Numbered from the stretch's first letter, positions 45,143 to 57,514 are shown. The stretch is 64,000 nucleotides of DNA from Escherichia coli (GCF_046105845.1 NZ_CP151004.1), one strand, 5' to 3'. A program made the numbers and translations. The notes: generated from the sequence alone by a model not told the origin.

Positions 45143-46192
45143 ATGAAAATCAGTCGGGAAACACTCCACCAGCTAATCGAGAATAAACTCTGCCAGGCTG
45201 GGTTAAAACGTGAGCACGCTGCAACCGTGGCTGAAGTATTGGTTTACGCCGATGCCAGAGGGATCCACTCTCATGGCGCGGTGCGTGTTGAATACTACGC
45301 AGAACGCATTTCAAAAGGCGGCACCAACCGTGAACCGGAATTTCGTCTTGAAGAAACCGGGCCGTGTTCGGCAATTTTACATGCCGACAATGCCGCCGGA
45401 CAGGTCGCGGCGAAAATGGGTATGGAACATGCCATCAAAACCGCCCAGCAAAAAGGCGTTGCGGTGGTCGGTATCAGCCGGATGGGTCACAGCGGCGCAA
45501 TCTCTTATTTTGTACAGCAGGCAGCTCGCGCCGGGTTAATTGGCATTTCGATGTGCCAGTCCGATCCAATGGTGGTGCCGTTTGGCGGCGCGGAAATTTA
45601 CTACGGAACTAACCCACTGGCCTTTGCCGCGCCGGGAGAAGGCGACGAGATCCTTACCTTTGATATGGCGACTACCGTACAGGCATGGGGAAAAGTGCTC
45701 GACGCCCGCTCGCGTAATATGTCTATCCCGGATACCTGGGCGGTCGATAAAAACGGAGCACCAACAACCGATCCATTTGCAGTTAACGCCCTGCTCCCTG
45801 CCGCCGGACCGAAAGGGTATGGCCTGATGATGATGATTGACGTCCTCTCAGGCGTCTTACTCGGCTTACCGTTCGGGCGACAGGTTAGTTCGATGTATGA
45901 CGATTTACACGCCGGGCGTAATTTGGGGCAATTACATATCGTTATTAATCCGAACTTTTTCTCCTCCAGCGAACTATTCCGTCAACATCTTAGCCAGACC
46001 ATGCGCGAATTAAATGCCATAACCCCCGCGCCCGGTTTTAACCAGGTTTATTATCCCGGACAGGATCAGGATATTAAACAACGCAAAGCCGCCGTCGAAG
46101 GCATCGAAATTGTTGATGATATTTACCAGTATTTAATTTCCGACGCGCTTTATAACACGTCATACGAAACGAAAAATCCCTTTGCGCAATAA
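45143..46192 (+). CDS. allD: Ureidoglycolate dehydrogenase AllD (349 aa)
   Basis: Malate/L-lactate dehydrogenase-2 family; MKISRETLHQLIENKLCQAGLKREHAATVAEVLVYADARGIHSHGAVRVEYY... Confidence 0.9.
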   Translation: MKISRETLHQLIENKLCQAGLKREHAATVAEVLVYADARGIHSHGAVRVEYYAERISKGGTNREPEFRLEETGPCSAILHADNAAGQVAAKMGMEHAIKTAQQKGVAVVGISRMGHSGAISYFVQQAARAGLIGISMCQSDPMVVPFGGAEIYYGTNPLAFAAPGEGDEILTFDMATTVQAWGKVLDARSRNMSIPDTWAVDKNGAPTTDPFAVNALLPAAGPKGYGLMMMIDVLSGVLLGLPFGRQVSSMYDDLHAGRNLGQLHIVINPNFFSSSELFRQHLSQTMRELNAITPAPGFNQVYYPGQDQDIKQRKAAVEGIEIVDDIYQYLISDALYNTSYETKNPFAQ

Positions 46193-46213
46193 TTATTGAG
46201 ACAGGACTTTCTT

Positions 46214-47449
46214 ATGATTACACATTTCCGTCAAGCCATAGAAGAAACGCTGCCCTGGCTTTCCTCTTTTGGCGCTGACCCAACGGGTGGTATGACCCGT
46301 TTACTTTATTCGCCGGAATGGCTGGAAACTCAGCAGCAATTTAAAAAAAGAATGGCAGCAAGCGGGCTGGAAACACGTTTCGATGAAGTGGGGAATTTAT
46401 ATGGTCGCCTGAGTGGCACCGAATATCCACAGGAAGTGGTTCTGAGCGGTTCGCATATCGATACCGTGGTTAACGGCGGTAACCTCGACGGGCAATTCGG
46501 CGCGCTGGCGGCGTGGCTGGCAATTGACTGGCTGAAAACGCAATACGGCGCGCCGTTACGTACGGTCGAAGTGGTGGCGATGGCAGAAGAAGAAGGCAGC
46601 CGCTTCCCGTATGTCTTCTGGGGCAGTAAAAATATCTTTGGGCTGGCGAATCCTGACGACGTGCGGAATATCTGTGATGCCAAAGGAAATAGTTTTGTCG
46701 ATGCGATGAAGGCTTGCGGATTTACTCTGCCGAACGCCCCACTAACTCCGCGTCAGGATATTAAAGCCTTTGTCGAACTGCATATCGAACAGGGCTGTGT
46801 GCTGGAAAGTAATGGGCAGTCAATTGGCGTGGTGAATGCAATTGTCGGGCAGCGTCGTTATACGGTGACGCTGAACGGCGAATCAAACCATGCAGGCACC
46901 ACGCCGATGGGTTATCGTCGTGATACGGTTTACGCTTTCAGTCGCATTTGCCATCAGTCGATCGAAAAAGCGAAAAAGATGGGCGACCCGCTGGTGCTGA
47001 CCTTTGGCAAGGTGGAGCCGCGTCCGAATACGGTGAATGTGGTGCCGGGTAAAACCACGTTCACCATTGATTGTCGTCATACCGATGCTGCCGTGCTGCG
47101 CGATTTCACCCAACAGTTAGAAAACGACATGCGGGCGATTTGCGATGAAATGGACATTGGTATTGATATCGATTTATGGATGGACGAAGAACCCGTGCCG
47201 ATGAATAAGGAGCTGGTCGCCACCCTGACAGAATTGTGTGAAAGTGAAAAACTGAATTACCGGGTGATGCACAGTGGTGCCGGGCACGACGCGCAAATTT
47301 TCGCGCCTCGCGTGCCGACCTGCATGATTTTCATTCCCAGCATCAACGGGATCAGCCATAACCCGGCGGAACGCACCAATATTACCGACCTTGCCGAAGG
47401 GGTCAAAACGTTGGCACTCATGCTTTATCAACTTGCCTGGCAGAAATAA
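46214..47449 (+). CDS. allC: Allantoate amidohydrolase AllC (411 aa)
   Basis: M20 peptidase family; start at ATG 46214 (MITHFRQAIEETLPWLSSFGADP...). Confidence 0.9.
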   Translation: MITHFRQAIEETLPWLSSFGADPTGGMTRLLYSPEWLETQQQFKKRMAASGLETRFDEVGNLYGRLSGTEYPQEVVLSGSHIDTVVNGGNLDGQFGALAAWLAIDWLKTQYGAPLRTVEVVAMAEEEGSRFPYVFWGSKNIFGLANPDDVRNICDAKGNSFVDAMKACGFTLPNAPLTPRQDIKAFVELHIEQGCVLESNGQSIGVVNAIVGQRRYTVTLNGESNHAGTTPMGYRRDTVYAFSRICHQSIEKAKKMGDPLVLTFGKVEPRPNTVNVVPGKTTFTIDCRHTDAAVLRDFTQQLENDMRAICDEMDIGIDIDLWMDEEPVPMNKELVATLTELCESEKLNYRVMHSGAGHDAQIFAPRVPTCMIFIPSINGISHNPAERTNITDLAEGVKTLALMLYQLAWQK

Positions 47450-47459
47450 GGAGTTATAA

Positions 47460-48245
47460 ATGGGATATTTAAATAACGTCACCGGTTACCGCGATGATTT
47501 ACTGGCTAACCGTGCGATTGTTAAACACGGTAATTTCGCGCTGCTAACCCCGGACGGTCTGGTAAAAAATATTATTCCGGGCTTTGAAAATTGTGACGCG
47601 ACAATCCTCTCCACGCCAAAGCTGGGTGCCTCTTTTGTTGATTATCTGGTCACACTGCATCAAAACGGTGGTAACCAACAGGGCTTCGGTGGTGAAGGAG
47701 TTGAAACGTTCCTGTATGTGATCTCTGGAAATATCACTGCCAAAGCTGAAGGGAAAACATTTACCTTAAGCGAAGGTGGCTATCTTTATTGCCCGCCAGG
47801 CTCCTTAATGACGTTTGTTAACGCCCAGGCCGAAGACAGCCAAATCTTTTTATATAAGCGCCGCTATGTTCCGGTAGAAGGCCATGCACCGTGGCTGGTT
47901 TCTGGCAATGCCAGCGAGCTCGAACGCATTCATTATGAAGGCATGGACGATGTTATTCTGCTGGATTTTCTGCCCAAAGAGTTAGGTTTTGATATGAACA
48001 TGCATATCCTCTCTTTTGCGCCAGGTGCCAGCCACGGTTATATCGAAACTCACGTCCAGGAACACGGTGCCTATATTCTTTCCGGTCAGGGGGTTTATAA
48101 CCTCGACAATAACTGGATCCCGGTGAAAAAAGGCGATTACATCTTTATGGGCGCTTATTCCTTACAGGCCGGTTATGGCGTAGGGCGTGGTGAAGCGTTT
48201 AGTTATATTTACTCGAAAGATTGCAACCGCGACGTAGAGATTTAA
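47460..48245 (+). CDS. allE: (S)-ureidoglycine aminohydrolase AllE/YlbA (cupin), 261 aa
   Basis: ORF 47460..48245; bicupin protein downstream of allC. Confidence 0.88.
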   Translation: MGYLNNVTGYRDDLLANRAIVKHGNFALLTPDGLVKNIIPGFENCDATILSTPKLGASFVDYLVTLHQNGGNQQGFGGEGVETFLYVISGNITAKAEGKTFTLSEGGYLYCPPGSLMTFVNAQAEDSQIFLYKRRYVPVEGHAPWLVSGNASELERIHYEGMDDVILLDFLPKELGFDMNMHILSFAPGASHGYIETHVQEHGAYILSGQGVYNLDNNWIPVKKGDYIFMGAYSLQAGYGVGRGEAFSYIYSKDCNRDVEI

Positions 48246-48374
48246 GTCATACCACTCGCCTGATTATTTTTAGCTATGTTGGATTTTGCCACGGTTTATA
48301 CCGTGGCTTTTTTTGCGGTAAATTCAGGTAAAAAACGGATGCGGGATAAAATGCATCCGCTCTAATGGCAAGAG

Positions 48375-49520
48375 TCAGTTTTTAATTCCCTGACCTATTT
48401 TAATGGCGCAGGCAATATTTCGTGCGCTGTTGAAGAGATTGGTTTCACCGCTGGCGAGCACTTCGGCTAAAGGTGCCAGACGTGGCAAAATGCTGAACAC
48501 CGCGTCAATGCCGTACTGGTGCACCACTTCCACGCCGTCACCCAATACGCCAGCAATCCCAATCACCGGGACATTAAACTGCTTCGCCACCGACGCCACG
48601 CCCAGCGGTGCTTTACCGCCTGCCGTTTGCGAGTCGATGCGCCCTTCCCCGGTGATCACCAGCGCTGCGCCCTGCACCGCCTGCTCCAGGTTGACCGCCC
48701 GCAGTACAATCTCAATACCCGGTTTAATATCCGCATTGAGGAATACCGCCGCCGCAATACCCATCCCGCCCGCCGCGCCGCCGCCCGTCATCTGGCAGAC
48801 GTTGATTTCAGTTTGCTGTTGTAAAACACGGGCGTAATTTTGCAGCCCCTGCTCCAGCTCTTCGACCATTTCCGGCGTTGCCCCTTTTTGCGGGCCGAAC
48901 ACCGCCGCCGCGCCGCGTGCCCCTACCAGCGGATTATCAACATCACATGCGACTTCAATATGGCAGTTCGCCAGACGCGGATCGCATTCATCCATCTCAA
49001 TTCTTGCCACGCGCGCTAAATTGCCGCCGTTAGCCGCCAGCACCTGGCCGTCGGCATCGAGAAAACGCACACCAAGCGCCTGCGCCATGCCCATACCGCC
49101 GTCGACCGTCGCACTGCCGCCAATGCCGAGAATAATATGGCGAATGTCGTTATCCAGCGCATGCCGAATTAACTCCCCCGTACCAAAACTGGAGGCCAGC
49201 AACGGATTACGCTTTTCAGGCGCGACCAGCATCAGGCCACTTGCTGCCGCCATCTCAATCACCGCCGTTTTCCCGTCGCCGGTAAGGCCATAAAAAGCAT
49301 TCACTTTTTCGCCCATCGGCCCGCAGACTTCAAGCGTCACGATGTTGCCGCCCGTCGCGGCGACCATCGCATCCACCGTCCCTTCGCCGCCATCCGCTAT
49401 CGGCAAACAGATATAGTGCGCATCGGGAAAGAGGGTCGAAAACCCGGCTTTAATTGCCTGACAACATTTTTCTGCACTTAAGCTCTCTTTAAAAGAGTCT
49501 GGCGCAATGACAATCTTCAT
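48375..49520 (-). CDS. glxK: Glycerate 2-kinase GlxK (381 aa)
   Basis: [27 protein letters not shown]...; start at the internal ATG (plus-strand cat 49518-49520). Confidence 0.9.
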   Translation of the reverse strand: MKIVIAPDSFKESLSAEKCCQAIKAGFSTLFPDAHYICLPIADGGEGTVDAMVAATGGNIVTLEVCGPMGEKVNAFYGLTGDGKTAVIEMAAASGLMLVAPEKRNPLLASSFGTGELIRHALDNDIRHIILGIGGSATVDGGMGMAQALGVRFLDADGQVLAANGGNLARVARIEMDECDPRLANCHIEVACDVDNPLVGARGAAAVFGPQKGATPEMVEELEQGLQNYARVLQQQTEINVCQMTGGGAAGGMGIAAAVFLNADIKPGIEIVLRAVNLEQAVQGAALVITGEGRIDSQTAGGKAPLGVASVAKQFNVPVIGIAGVLGDGVEVVHQYGIDAVFSILPRLAPLAEVLASGETNLFNSARNIACAIKIGQGIKN

Positions 49521-49541
49521 TATCAATCCTTTTTCAACAAA

Positions 49542-50849
49542 TTATTCGATGCGTTCCCACGGAATAAGGTTATCCATAAGAACAGCCAGTAAAATCCCGA
49601 CCAGTAAGCCGTTACTGAGCAGAGGACGAAGCGTTAATGGAAGGTCTTGCAGATACACAGGCGGTAATGCCATTAAAAATATGCCGACAAATAACGGCAA
49701 TGCGAGTCGATAAATATTGCGAGCGGTAAACGTGATTTGCTGGCTAAAAACCAGCGCGGAAAAGAGTAAAGGCAGATAAGAAACCAGCATGACCGCGCTA
49801 CTCACTGGTAAGGGGATACTGCAAAACAGACGCGTGAGTGCCGGAACCAGCGCCACCAGCAGGCAAATAACGCTGCCATAAATAAACGAACGCCGCGTGT
49901 AATCGCCAGTCTGGGTTAATAAACCAATGGATGAAACAAACGGTGAAAATGGAACTACCGCCAGCGGTACGGTTATCAGCGTCATAAATCCGGTCGCCAC
50001 AAAGCTACGACGATAACGCGTATTCCCCGCGCCCTGCTGCGGATAAAAAACATCCGTGCCCCGAATCGCACCGTAGGTATTGCTGATATTTACCAGACCT
50101 GTAATCACCGCCGTCAGAATAATTCCCGGCGACAAAGCACCGCCACTGCCGAGCGGGAACCACTGCCAGTGCAACTCACCGGAGAGCGAATGCGAAGAAG
50201 GAAAGCAAAAGTACCACAATAACCAGCCGGTTATCGTGCCGACCAGCAGGCCATAACGGGCAAAACGTTGCGGCAGAAAGATAATCATCGCCAGTACCAG
50301 GCACATCACCGCGACCGAGAGTGCGAACGGCGGTAACTGAATTTTAAAATTCGGGTCGGCTATGCCAAACGGCAGCCCGAGCATACCCTTGAAAAAGATA
50401 GTGGTCAGCTGCGCGCCCAGCATCAACATAAACAAGACCATCACCGACGGCGTAAATAACCGCGCCAGACGATGACCTAATCCGCTAAAACCAATCAACA
50501 TCGTCAGCACGCCAGAGAGCGCAATTCCCACCGCCAGGCTGGTAGCGATATCGTTGATCGGTGTCCCGCGCGATGCTTCGCCAAGGGTGATAGTAAGGAT
50601 GGTTCCCCACCACAGGCCACCCGGTCCTTCCATAATAGCGCGACGATGACCGCAAAACGCCTGAGCGAAGCAGGCCAGTGCGGTAGCAAGAAAAGCATAT
50701 TGCGTGAGCGTAAGCAGGCTACTTTGCGGCAACTGAAAAGCAGAAAGTAGCGTAGGAGGAACCACAACCGTGTTGCAAAAAATAAAGAAAAACCACTGAA
50801 ATCCTGATAACAGGCTTTCGCGGCTGACTGCAAAATTGAACATAAACAC
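49542..50849 (-). CDS. ybbY: Putative purine/nucleobase permease YbbY (NCS2 family)
   Basis: 435-aa polytopic membrane ORF between allB and glxK. Confidence 0.85.
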   Translation of the reverse strand: MFMFNFAVSRESLLSGFQWFFFIFCNTVVVPPTLLSAFQLPQSSLLTLTQYAFLATALACFAQAFCGHRRAIMEGPGGLWWGTILTITLGEASRGTPINDIATSLAVGIALSGVLTMLIGFSGLGHRLARLFTPSVMVLFMLMLGAQLTTIFFKGMLGLPFGIADPNFKIQLPPFALSVAVMCLVLAMIIFLPQRFARYGLLVGTITGWLLWYFCFPSSHSLSGELHWQWFPLGSGGALSPGIILTAVITGLVNISNTYGAIRGTDVFYPQQGAGNTRYRRSFVATGFMTLITVPLAVVPFSPFVSSIGLLTQTGDYTRRSFIYGSVICLLVALVPALTRLFCSIPLPVSSAVMLVSYLPLLFSALVFSQQITFTARNIYRLALPLFVGIFLMALPPVYLQDLPLTLRPLLSNGLLVGILLAVLMDNLIPWERIE

Positions 50850-50899
50850 ACCTTAACCGGAGAATGCCCGCCGCAAGGACGGGCATTGCAGGGGCCAGA

Positions 50900-52261
50900 T
50901 TACTGCTGATGTTTAAGGATAAATTGACCTTTCGGCGCAACAGGGAAGCCCTGTTCAATGTCGTAAATCACATCACCACGTAAGATGGTTTTCGTGATAC
51001 GCGCGCCAATGGTACGGCCAACATACGGGCTGACTTTGTGGCGATATTCCAGATCGTCATTGGTAAGAACATAGCTGCTATTCGGCTGAATGAAGACGAA
51101 GTCGGCATCTTTTCCTGGGGCGATACGGCCTTTTTGCTGCAGACCGAAAATATCTGCTGCGTTAGTCGCCATTAATTTGCCGAACATTGGCAGAGACATT
51201 CCGCGTTTCTGTACCGCTTCATCGAACATCACGTCCATACAGTTTTGCAGACCGGCAATACCGCCCCATGCTTCCATGATGTTGCCGGCTTTCATTTCCG
51301 GAGGGCATGGTGAGTGGTCGGAAACCAGGCAGTCGATTTCACCGTTAAATAGTTTTTCCCACATGCCTTTCTGGTTTTCCAGATCGCGGATCGGCGGTGA
51401 ACACTTCGCCAGAGTACCGATTTCTTCGAACTGATCGGTATCCAGTACAAAGTAATGCGGGCAGGATTCACAGGTAACATCCTGGCCTTCCTGACGTGCA
51501 CGAGTCACTTCCTCAACACCTTCCGGGCTGCTGATATGGCAAACGTGCAGACGGCAACCAGCAACTTTCGCCAGGTACAGCACGCGGCGAATCGCTTCCA
51601 CTTCGGTAAATACCGGACGCGAAGCCACATAGTCATGTGCGGTTACGCGACCTTCACTTTTCGCTTCTTCGCCCAGTGCATCACAGATCAGCGCGTTTTC
51701 GCAGTGAACCAGCACCGGCTGCCCCAGTTCGCCCAGCTTCTGCGCACCTTTGAAGAACTGCCAGTCGTTTACATCACGGAAGTCGTTGTCGATACCGCGA
51801 TCGCCACAGGTCGCAACGAAGCATTTGAAGCCGACAACGCCCACTTCATCCAGCTCATGCAGACGGTCGATGTTGTAAGACACCAGGCCACCGAGTTGTG
51901 CCGCATCGATAGTCAGCTTGCCTTTGGCGGCATCAAACTTCAGTTCAATCGATGCGCGGTCAACCGTTGCAGGCAGCTGGTTGAGCGGCATTTCGATCAT
52001 GGTGGTGATACCGCCTTTTGCCGCTGCGCGAGTGCCAGTTTCATAACCTTCCCAGTGGCTACGACCCGGTTCAGAAATATGGGTGTGCGCATCAACCATG
52101 CCCGGCGAAACCACCAGACCAGACGCATCCATCACTTCTTTTGCATCACCCAGATCCTGACCGATAGCAGCAATTTTCCCGCCTTTAACGGCGATATCTA
52201 CAACGCGAGCTTCGTTTTCTAAAATAACGGTGCCGTTTTTAATGATTAAATCAAAAGACAT
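50900..52261 (-). CDS. allB: Allantoinase AllB (453 aa)
   Basis: [38 protein letters not shown]...; cyclic amidohydrolase with metal-binding His motifs. Confidence 0.95.
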   Translation of the reverse strand: MSFDLIIKNGTVILENEARVVDIAVKGGKIAAIGQDLGDAKEVMDASGLVVSPGMVDAHTHISEPGRSHWEGYETGTRAAAKGGITTMIEMPLNQLPATVDRASIELKFDAAKGKLTIDAAQLGGLVSYNIDRLHELDEVGVVGFKCFVATCGDRGIDNDFRDVNDWQFFKGAQKLGELGQPVLVHCENALICDALGEEAKSEGRVTAHDYVASRPVFTEVEAIRRVLYLAKVAGCRLHVCHISSPEGVEEVTRARQEGQDVTCESCPHYFVLDTDQFEEIGTLAKCSPPIRDLENQKGMWEKLFNGEIDCLVSDHSPCPPEMKAGNIMEAWGGIAGLQNCMDVMFDEAVQKRGMSLPMFGKLMATNAADIFGLQQKGRIAPGKDADFVFIQPNSSYVLTNDDLEYRHKVSPYVGRTIGARITKTILRGDVIYDIEQGFPVAPKGQFILKHQQ

Positions 52262-52320
52262 AACAAACTCCTTGTAAAATACAGATTGGTTTTTAACTCA
52301 ATGTTCAATATCGGGATTAA

Positions 52321-53775
52321 TTAACCTATGGTTTTTTGCTCTCCTGTTTTTTCTGCTGTTGTACGTTTCTTTAATAAGGCGTAGGCCGCAAAGGCGACGA
52401 TGACGCCGACAAACCATGAAACACGAGATAACGGTTCCATAAAGGGAATAAACTTACCGCCAAGAGATAAAATAACGGCCACCAGAGTTACTGAAAACGC
52501 AGTGAGGTTAAAACCGTTATCGTAATATTTATAATCGCCAGGTGCGGTGTACAGTTCATCAAGATTAATTTGCCCACGCATCACCACAAAATAATGCGCC
52601 ATCATGACACCAATTACCGGACCCAGCATTCCGCCGATAATATCGAGGAACAGATAAATACTGTCCTGATTTTCCATTAATTTCCACGGGCAGATCAGCA
52701 GGCTGATAATACTGGCAATCAGTACGCCGTTTTTATAGGTCAGTTTTGTCGGTGCAATAGCGGCAATCTGATAACCGGCCGGAATAATATTACCGGTGGC
52801 GTTAGTGGAGATAGTTGTCATCAGAATAACCAGTACCGCAAAGAACGAGGCGAACAGGCTGTCCCAACGCTGAACAATATCCAGCACGTTCCAGGTATCA
52901 GCGCCGTAGTGAATACTGGCTCCGGCAATAATACATACCCCGGCGACAGCAAACAGAATATAGGCCACAACTAAACCCAGCGTTTGCCCCAGCGCTTGCT
53001 CACGAAACGAGTGGGCGTTTTGCGTAAAGTCGGATGCGCTCACCGCCGGTGCTGCCCATACCGCAACTACCGCGTTAATCACCACCAGGAACAGGAAGCC
53101 ACTGTTTTCTGCTTTCTGAATACCGCTCGGAATGTAGTCAAAGATTGGACCGAGCCCGACCAGCGAAATCGCCCAAAGCGCCATACCGCCGAAAACGATA
53201 TAGATGCACGGGTTAAGAATGGCGGTGAATTTATTTAAAACTTTGCCACCGCCGAAACCGATTCCGACGTTCACCAGCCAGAAGAGTAAGAAAGTGATTA
53301 AGCCCGGTAGAGAAAGCCCTAACAGGGTAAAATCACCACCGAGAGTTAAAAATCCCGGCCAGATTTTGCCAATCAGGATCAAGCAGGCCAGTGACCCCGC
53401 GTAACATTGCAAGCCAAACCACATAATGGCAGCAATCCCGCCTCTTAATAATCCGGGAAACAGTGCACCACGTACGCCGTAAGAAGCACGCAGGATCATG
53501 GCAAAAGGCACACCGTATTTACTGCCCGCAGCACCGTTTAATACCATTACCGCGGCAATGAAAAAGGCGCTGATGATAATTGCCAGCATAATACTAAAGG
53601 TAGACAAGCCGAGAATAAAAAAGCCGCCGACCATCACATAATTGGGAACGTTATGAACCGAACCCATCCATAAGGTAAAATAGTTAAATGTTTTCCAGGT
53701 CCGCTGACTTTGCGTTTTCGGCAATAGATCTTCGCTATAGCCGCGTTGCTGGAATAGTTTTCTCTGATGTTCCAT
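52321..53775 (-). CDS. allP: Allantoin permease AllP/YbbW (NCS1 family), 484 aa
   Basis: ORF 52321..53775 upstream of allB. Confidence 0.9.
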   Translation of the reverse strand: MEHQRKLFQQRGYSEDLLPKTQSQRTWKTFNYFTLWMGSVHNVPNYVMVGGFFILGLSTFSIMLAIIISAFFIAAVMVLNGAAGSKYGVPFAMILRASYGVRGALFPGLLRGGIAAIMWFGLQCYAGSLACLILIGKIWPGFLTLGGDFTLLGLSLPGLITFLLFWLVNVGIGFGGGKVLNKFTAILNPCIYIVFGGMALWAISLVGLGPIFDYIPSGIQKAENSGFLFLVVINAVVAVWAAPAVSASDFTQNAHSFREQALGQTLGLVVAYILFAVAGVCIIAGASIHYGADTWNVLDIVQRWDSLFASFFAVLVILMTTISTNATGNIIPAGYQIAAIAPTKLTYKNGVLIASIISLLICPWKLMENQDSIYLFLDIIGGMLGPVIGVMMAHYFVVMRGQINLDELYTAPGDYKYYDNGFNLTAFSVTLVAVILSLGGKFIPFMEPLSRVSWFVGVIVAFAAYALLKKRTTAEKTGEQKTIG

Positions 53776-53945
53776 AAATCCCTCTTAATTTCACGTATCG
53801 AATAACGTTGTTTTAATCTAGCTATGAGGAACAAATAAAATAAAAAATATTATTTTTAATGCTGAAGCAACATCTTTGGCTGCTTTCTTTTTTTAATATT
53901 GCTGGCCGATTCATTTTCTGATATCGGCCATTTTTATTGCGGGTA

Positions 53946-54824
53946 TCAGGCCAGTTTATGGTTAGCCATTAATTCCAGCGCCAGCACTAACGCAGAGTGA
54001 TCCAACTGGCTGCCACCGTTTGCCGCACAGGTATTAAATAACTCCTGGCAGGTCGCAGTGTTTGGCAGGTTCAGCGCAAGTGCTTTCGCACTTTGCAGTG
54101 CCAGGTTGAGATCTTTCTGGTGCAGCGCAATTTTAAAACCTGGATTAAAGGTGCGTTTAATCATGCGCTCACCGTGAACTTCCAGAATACGTGAGGAAGC
54201 AAAGCCGCCCATCAGCGCCTGGCGCACACGTACCGGATCCGCTCCGGCTTTTGAAGCAAATAGCAGGGCTTCAGAAACCGCTTCAATATTGAGCGCCACG
54301 ATAATCTGATTTGCCACTTTGCAGGTTTGACCGTCGCCGTTACCGCCCACGAGGGTGATATTTTTACCGAGCAGTTCAAACAGCGGTTTAACACGTTCAA
54401 ATACCGCTTCGTCGCCGCCAACCATAATCGACAACGTCCCTTCACGCGCGCCGATTTCACCGCCGGAGACGGGCGCATCGAGATAATCGCCGCACAGTTC
54501 ATTCACCTGACGAGCGAAACGTTTAGTTTCGATCGGGGAAATGGAGCTCATATCAACAATGGTTTTGCCCTTCAGCGAGGTTTTGGTACAACCATTTTCA
54601 CCAAACAGAACTTCTTCAACCTGTGGCGTATCCGGCACCATAATAAAAATGATGTCCGATGCTTCCGTTACCTGGCGCGCAGTTTCAACACTGACGGCAC
54701 CCAGTGACAGTAATTCATCAGCAACCGGACCAATGGTTGTGACATGCAGTTGATGACCGGCACGCGCCAGATTAATGGCCATCGGTGTACCCATAATGCC
54801 TAAGCCAATAAATCCCAGTTTCAT
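53946..54824 (-). CDS. glxR: Tartronate semialdehyde reductase (2-hydroxy-3-oxopropionate reductase) GlxR, 292 aa
   Basis: MKLGFIGLGIMGTPMAINLARAGHQLHVTT...; NAD-binding GXGXXG motif. Confidence 0.93.
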   Translation of the reverse strand: MKLGFIGLGIMGTPMAINLARAGHQLHVTTIGPVADELLSLGAVSVETARQVTEASDIIFIMVPDTPQVEEVLFGENGCTKTSLKGKTIVDMSSISPIETKRFARQVNELCGDYLDAPVSGGEIGAREGTLSIMVGGDEAVFERVKPLFELLGKNITLVGGNGDGQTCKVANQIIVALNIEAVSEALLFASKAGADPVRVRQALMGGFASSRILEVHGERMIKRTFNPGFKIALHQKDLNLALQSAKALALNLPNTATCQELFNTCAANGGSQLDHSALVLALELMANHKLA

Positions 54825-54923
54825 AATTAACCTCTTTTAAATTTCGCTTTTCCTGAATTCAGACAACACGATCCCCTGCCGACTTAGCGACCTAAAAAAG
54901 CATTGTCTGAATAGCGTTACGTT

Positions 54924-55700
54924 TTAACGGTACGGATCCATCCAGCGTAAACCGGCTTCCGTGGTGGTTTGGGGTTTATATTCACACCCAACCCAACCGT
55001 TGTAGTCAGAATTTTCAATTACCGTAAAGAGATATTCGTAATTAATTTCTCCGGTTCCCGGTTCGCCGCGATGCGGATTATCGGCAATTTGCAGGTGACC
55101 AATTTTATCCGCCCATTGAGTCATAGTGTTGGTTAATTCACCTTCCATCCGCTGCATGTGATAAATGTCATACTGAATTTTCAAATTGCAGCAACCAACA
55201 TCATCAATCAGTTTCAGCGCCTGCCGAGTTCCGGTGAGATGGAAACCAGGAATATCAAAATGGTTGATAGGTTCAATCAGTAATAAAATATCTTCTTTCA
55301 TCAGCATATTCGCGGCATAACGCAGGTTTTCTACAAGCGTTGTGTGAATCTGTTCACTGCTGAAACCAGCCGGCGTTTTACCAACCAGACAGTTAATTTT
55401 TTTATTACCCAGCGCACGAGCATAACGAATCGCTGCTGCTACGCCATCCCGAAACTCTTCTTCACGACCAGGAATACAAGCAATACCCCGCTCGCCCGCC
55501 GCCCAGTCACCTGCCGGTAAATTGTGCAACGTATGTTCGAGTTTATTACTCGCCAGCACCTGTTTTAATTCTTCAATGTCATAGTCATAAGGGAACATAA
55601 ATTCAACGCCGCGAAAACCACACTGCGCAGCTTTCTCAAAACGGGCGAGAAAATCATATTCACCAAATAACATCGATAAATTAGCAGAGAAACGTAACAT
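54924..55700 (-). CDS. hyi: Hydroxypyruvate isomerase Hyi (258 aa)
   Basis: MLRFSANLSMLFGEYDFLARFEKAAQCGFRGVEF...; TIM-barrel sugar isomerase fold. Confidence 0.93.
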   Translation of the reverse strand: MLRFSANLSMLFGEYDFLARFEKAAQCGFRGVEFMFPYDYDIEELKQVLASNKLEHTLHNLPAGDWAAGERGIACIPGREEEFRDGVAAAIRYARALGNKKINCLVGKTPAGFSSEQIHTTLVENLRYAANMLMKEDILLLIEPINHFDIPGFHLTGTRQALKLIDDVGCCNLKIQYDIYHMQRMEGELTNTMTQWADKIGHLQIADNPHRGEPGTGEINYEYLFTVIENSDYNGWVGCEYKPQTTTEAGLRWMDPYR

Positions 55701-55712
55701 TATTTATCTCCC

Positions 55713-57494
55713 TTATTCATAGTGCATGAAGCAGGTTTCAGTCGGTGCGTCCACTGCGTTATCGGCGATATCTTCAAATTCCATGACGTTATCCAGTTCG
55801 CTGCCCATCGAAATATTGGTCACACGCTCGAGAATAACTTCCACGACTACCGGTACCCGATATTGCGCCATTAAGGCTTTCGCCTGTTCAAAGGCTGGTG
55901 CAATATCTTCCGGTTTGAAAACGCGAATCGCTTTACAACCTAAACCTTCCGCTACTTTTACGTGGTCGACGCCGTAACCGTTCACTTCACTGGAGTTAAT
56001 ATTTTCGAACGCGAGCTGTACGCAGTAATCCATATCAAACGCGCGCTGCGACTGGCGAATCAGCCCCAGATAGGCGTTATTGACCAGTACATGGATGTAC
56101 GGAATGTTGAACTGTGCGCCAACGGCTAATTCTTCAATCAGGAACTGGAAGTCGAAGTCACCGGAAATCGCCACCACATTGCGCTCTGGATCAGCGGCAC
56201 ACACGCCCAGCGCCGCCGGAATGGTCCAGCCCAACGGGCCTGCCTGCCCACAGTTGATCCAGTGGCGGTCTTTAAAGACATGCAGCATTTGTGCCGCAGC
56301 GATTTGTGACAGACCAATGGTGGTGACATAACAAACATCGCGACCAAAGGCTTTGTTCATCTCTTCATACACGCGCTGCGGTTTCACCGGCACATTGTCG
56401 AAGTGGGTTTTGCGCAGCAAAGTGCGTTTGCGCTGCTGGCAGTCGGCGACCCATTCTTTACGACACGGCAGACGACCCGCTTTTTGCATCTCCTGCGCCA
56501 CTTCAACCAGCAGTGTCAGCGCCGCTTTAGCATCAGAGACAATGCCGAGATCCGGACACAGCACGCGGCCAATTTGCGTCGGCTCAATATCGATATGAAC
56601 GATTTTGCGCCCTTCGGTGTATTTCTCTACCGAACCGGTATGACGGTTCGCAAAACGGTTACCGATACCAAACACCATGTCGGACGCCAGTAGCGTTGCG
56701 TTACCGTAACGATGCGCGGTTTGCAGACCCACCATCCCGGCCATCAGTTCGTGGTCATCCGGGATACAGCCCCAGCCCATCAGCGTTGGGATCACCGGAA
56801 CGCTGGTCAGTTCAGCAAACTGTTGTAGCAGTGCAGCTGCGTCAGCATTGATTACCCCGCCCCCGGCAACAATCACCGGACGTTCGGCCTGAATTAACAT
56901 TTCTACCGCTTTTTCGATCTGCATACGGCTGGCAGCAGGTTTGTAGACCGGCAGCGGTTCGTACATGTCAGGATCAAACTCGATTTCCGCAACCTGAACG
57001 TCGAACGGTAAATCCACCAGTACCGGACCCGGACGACCAGAACGCATCAGGTGAAACGCCTGTTGCAGCACGCGAGGCACCAGCGCCGCTTCACGAACTG
57101 TAACCGCCATTTTGCTGACCGGTTTAGCAATTGCTTCAATATCTACGGCCTGAAAATCTTCTTTATGCAGACGGGCGCGCGGTGCCTGGCCGGTAATGCA
57201 CAGAATAGGAATGGAATCAGCAGAAGCGGAATAGAGCGCGGTGATCATGTCCGTGCCCGCAGGACCGGAAGTCCCCAGACATACGCCGATATTCCCTGCC
57301 GTTGCGCGGGTATAACCTTCCGCCATGTGCGAAGCACCTTCCACATGACGCGCCAGAATGTGACGAATACCGCCGTGCTTACGCATCGCTGAGTAGAACG
57401 GATTGATTGCAGCTCCCGGAACGCCGAAGGCGGTGGTGATACCTTCTTTCTCCAGCACATACATTGCCGCGTCAACGGCTCTCATTTTTGCCAT
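55713..57494 (-). CDS. gcl: Glyoxylate carboligase (tartronate-semialdehyde synthase) Gcl, 593 aa
   Basis: Start at the internal ATG ([34 protein letters not shown]...) of the 623-aa ORF; ThDP enzyme family. Confidence 0.93.
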   Translation of the reverse strand: MAKMRAVDAAMYVLEKEGITTAFGVPGAAINPFYSAMRKHGGIRHILARHVEGASHMAEGYTRATAGNIGVCLGTSGPAGTDMITALYSASADSIPILCITGQAPRARLHKEDFQAVDIEAIAKPVSKMAVTVREAALVPRVLQQAFHLMRSGRPGPVLVDLPFDVQVAEIEFDPDMYEPLPVYKPAASRMQIEKAVEMLIQAERPVIVAGGGVINADAAALLQQFAELTSVPVIPTLMGWGCIPDDHELMAGMVGLQTAHRYGNATLLASDMVFGIGNRFANRHTGSVEKYTEGRKIVHIDIEPTQIGRVLCPDLGIVSDAKAALTLLVEVAQEMQKAGRLPCRKEWVADCQQRKRTLLRKTHFDNVPVKPQRVYEEMNKAFGRDVCYVTTIGLSQIAAAQMLHVFKDRHWINCGQAGPLGWTIPAALGVCAADPERNVVAISGDFDFQFLIEELAVGAQFNIPYIHVLVNNAYLGLIRQSQRAFDMDYCVQLAFENINSSEVNGYGVDHVKVAEGLGCKAIRVFKPEDIAPAFEQAKALMAQYRVPVVVEVILERVTNISMGSELDNVMEFEDIADNAVDAPTETCFMHYE

Positions 57495-57514
57495 TTTATT
57501 CCTACCTCTATTAA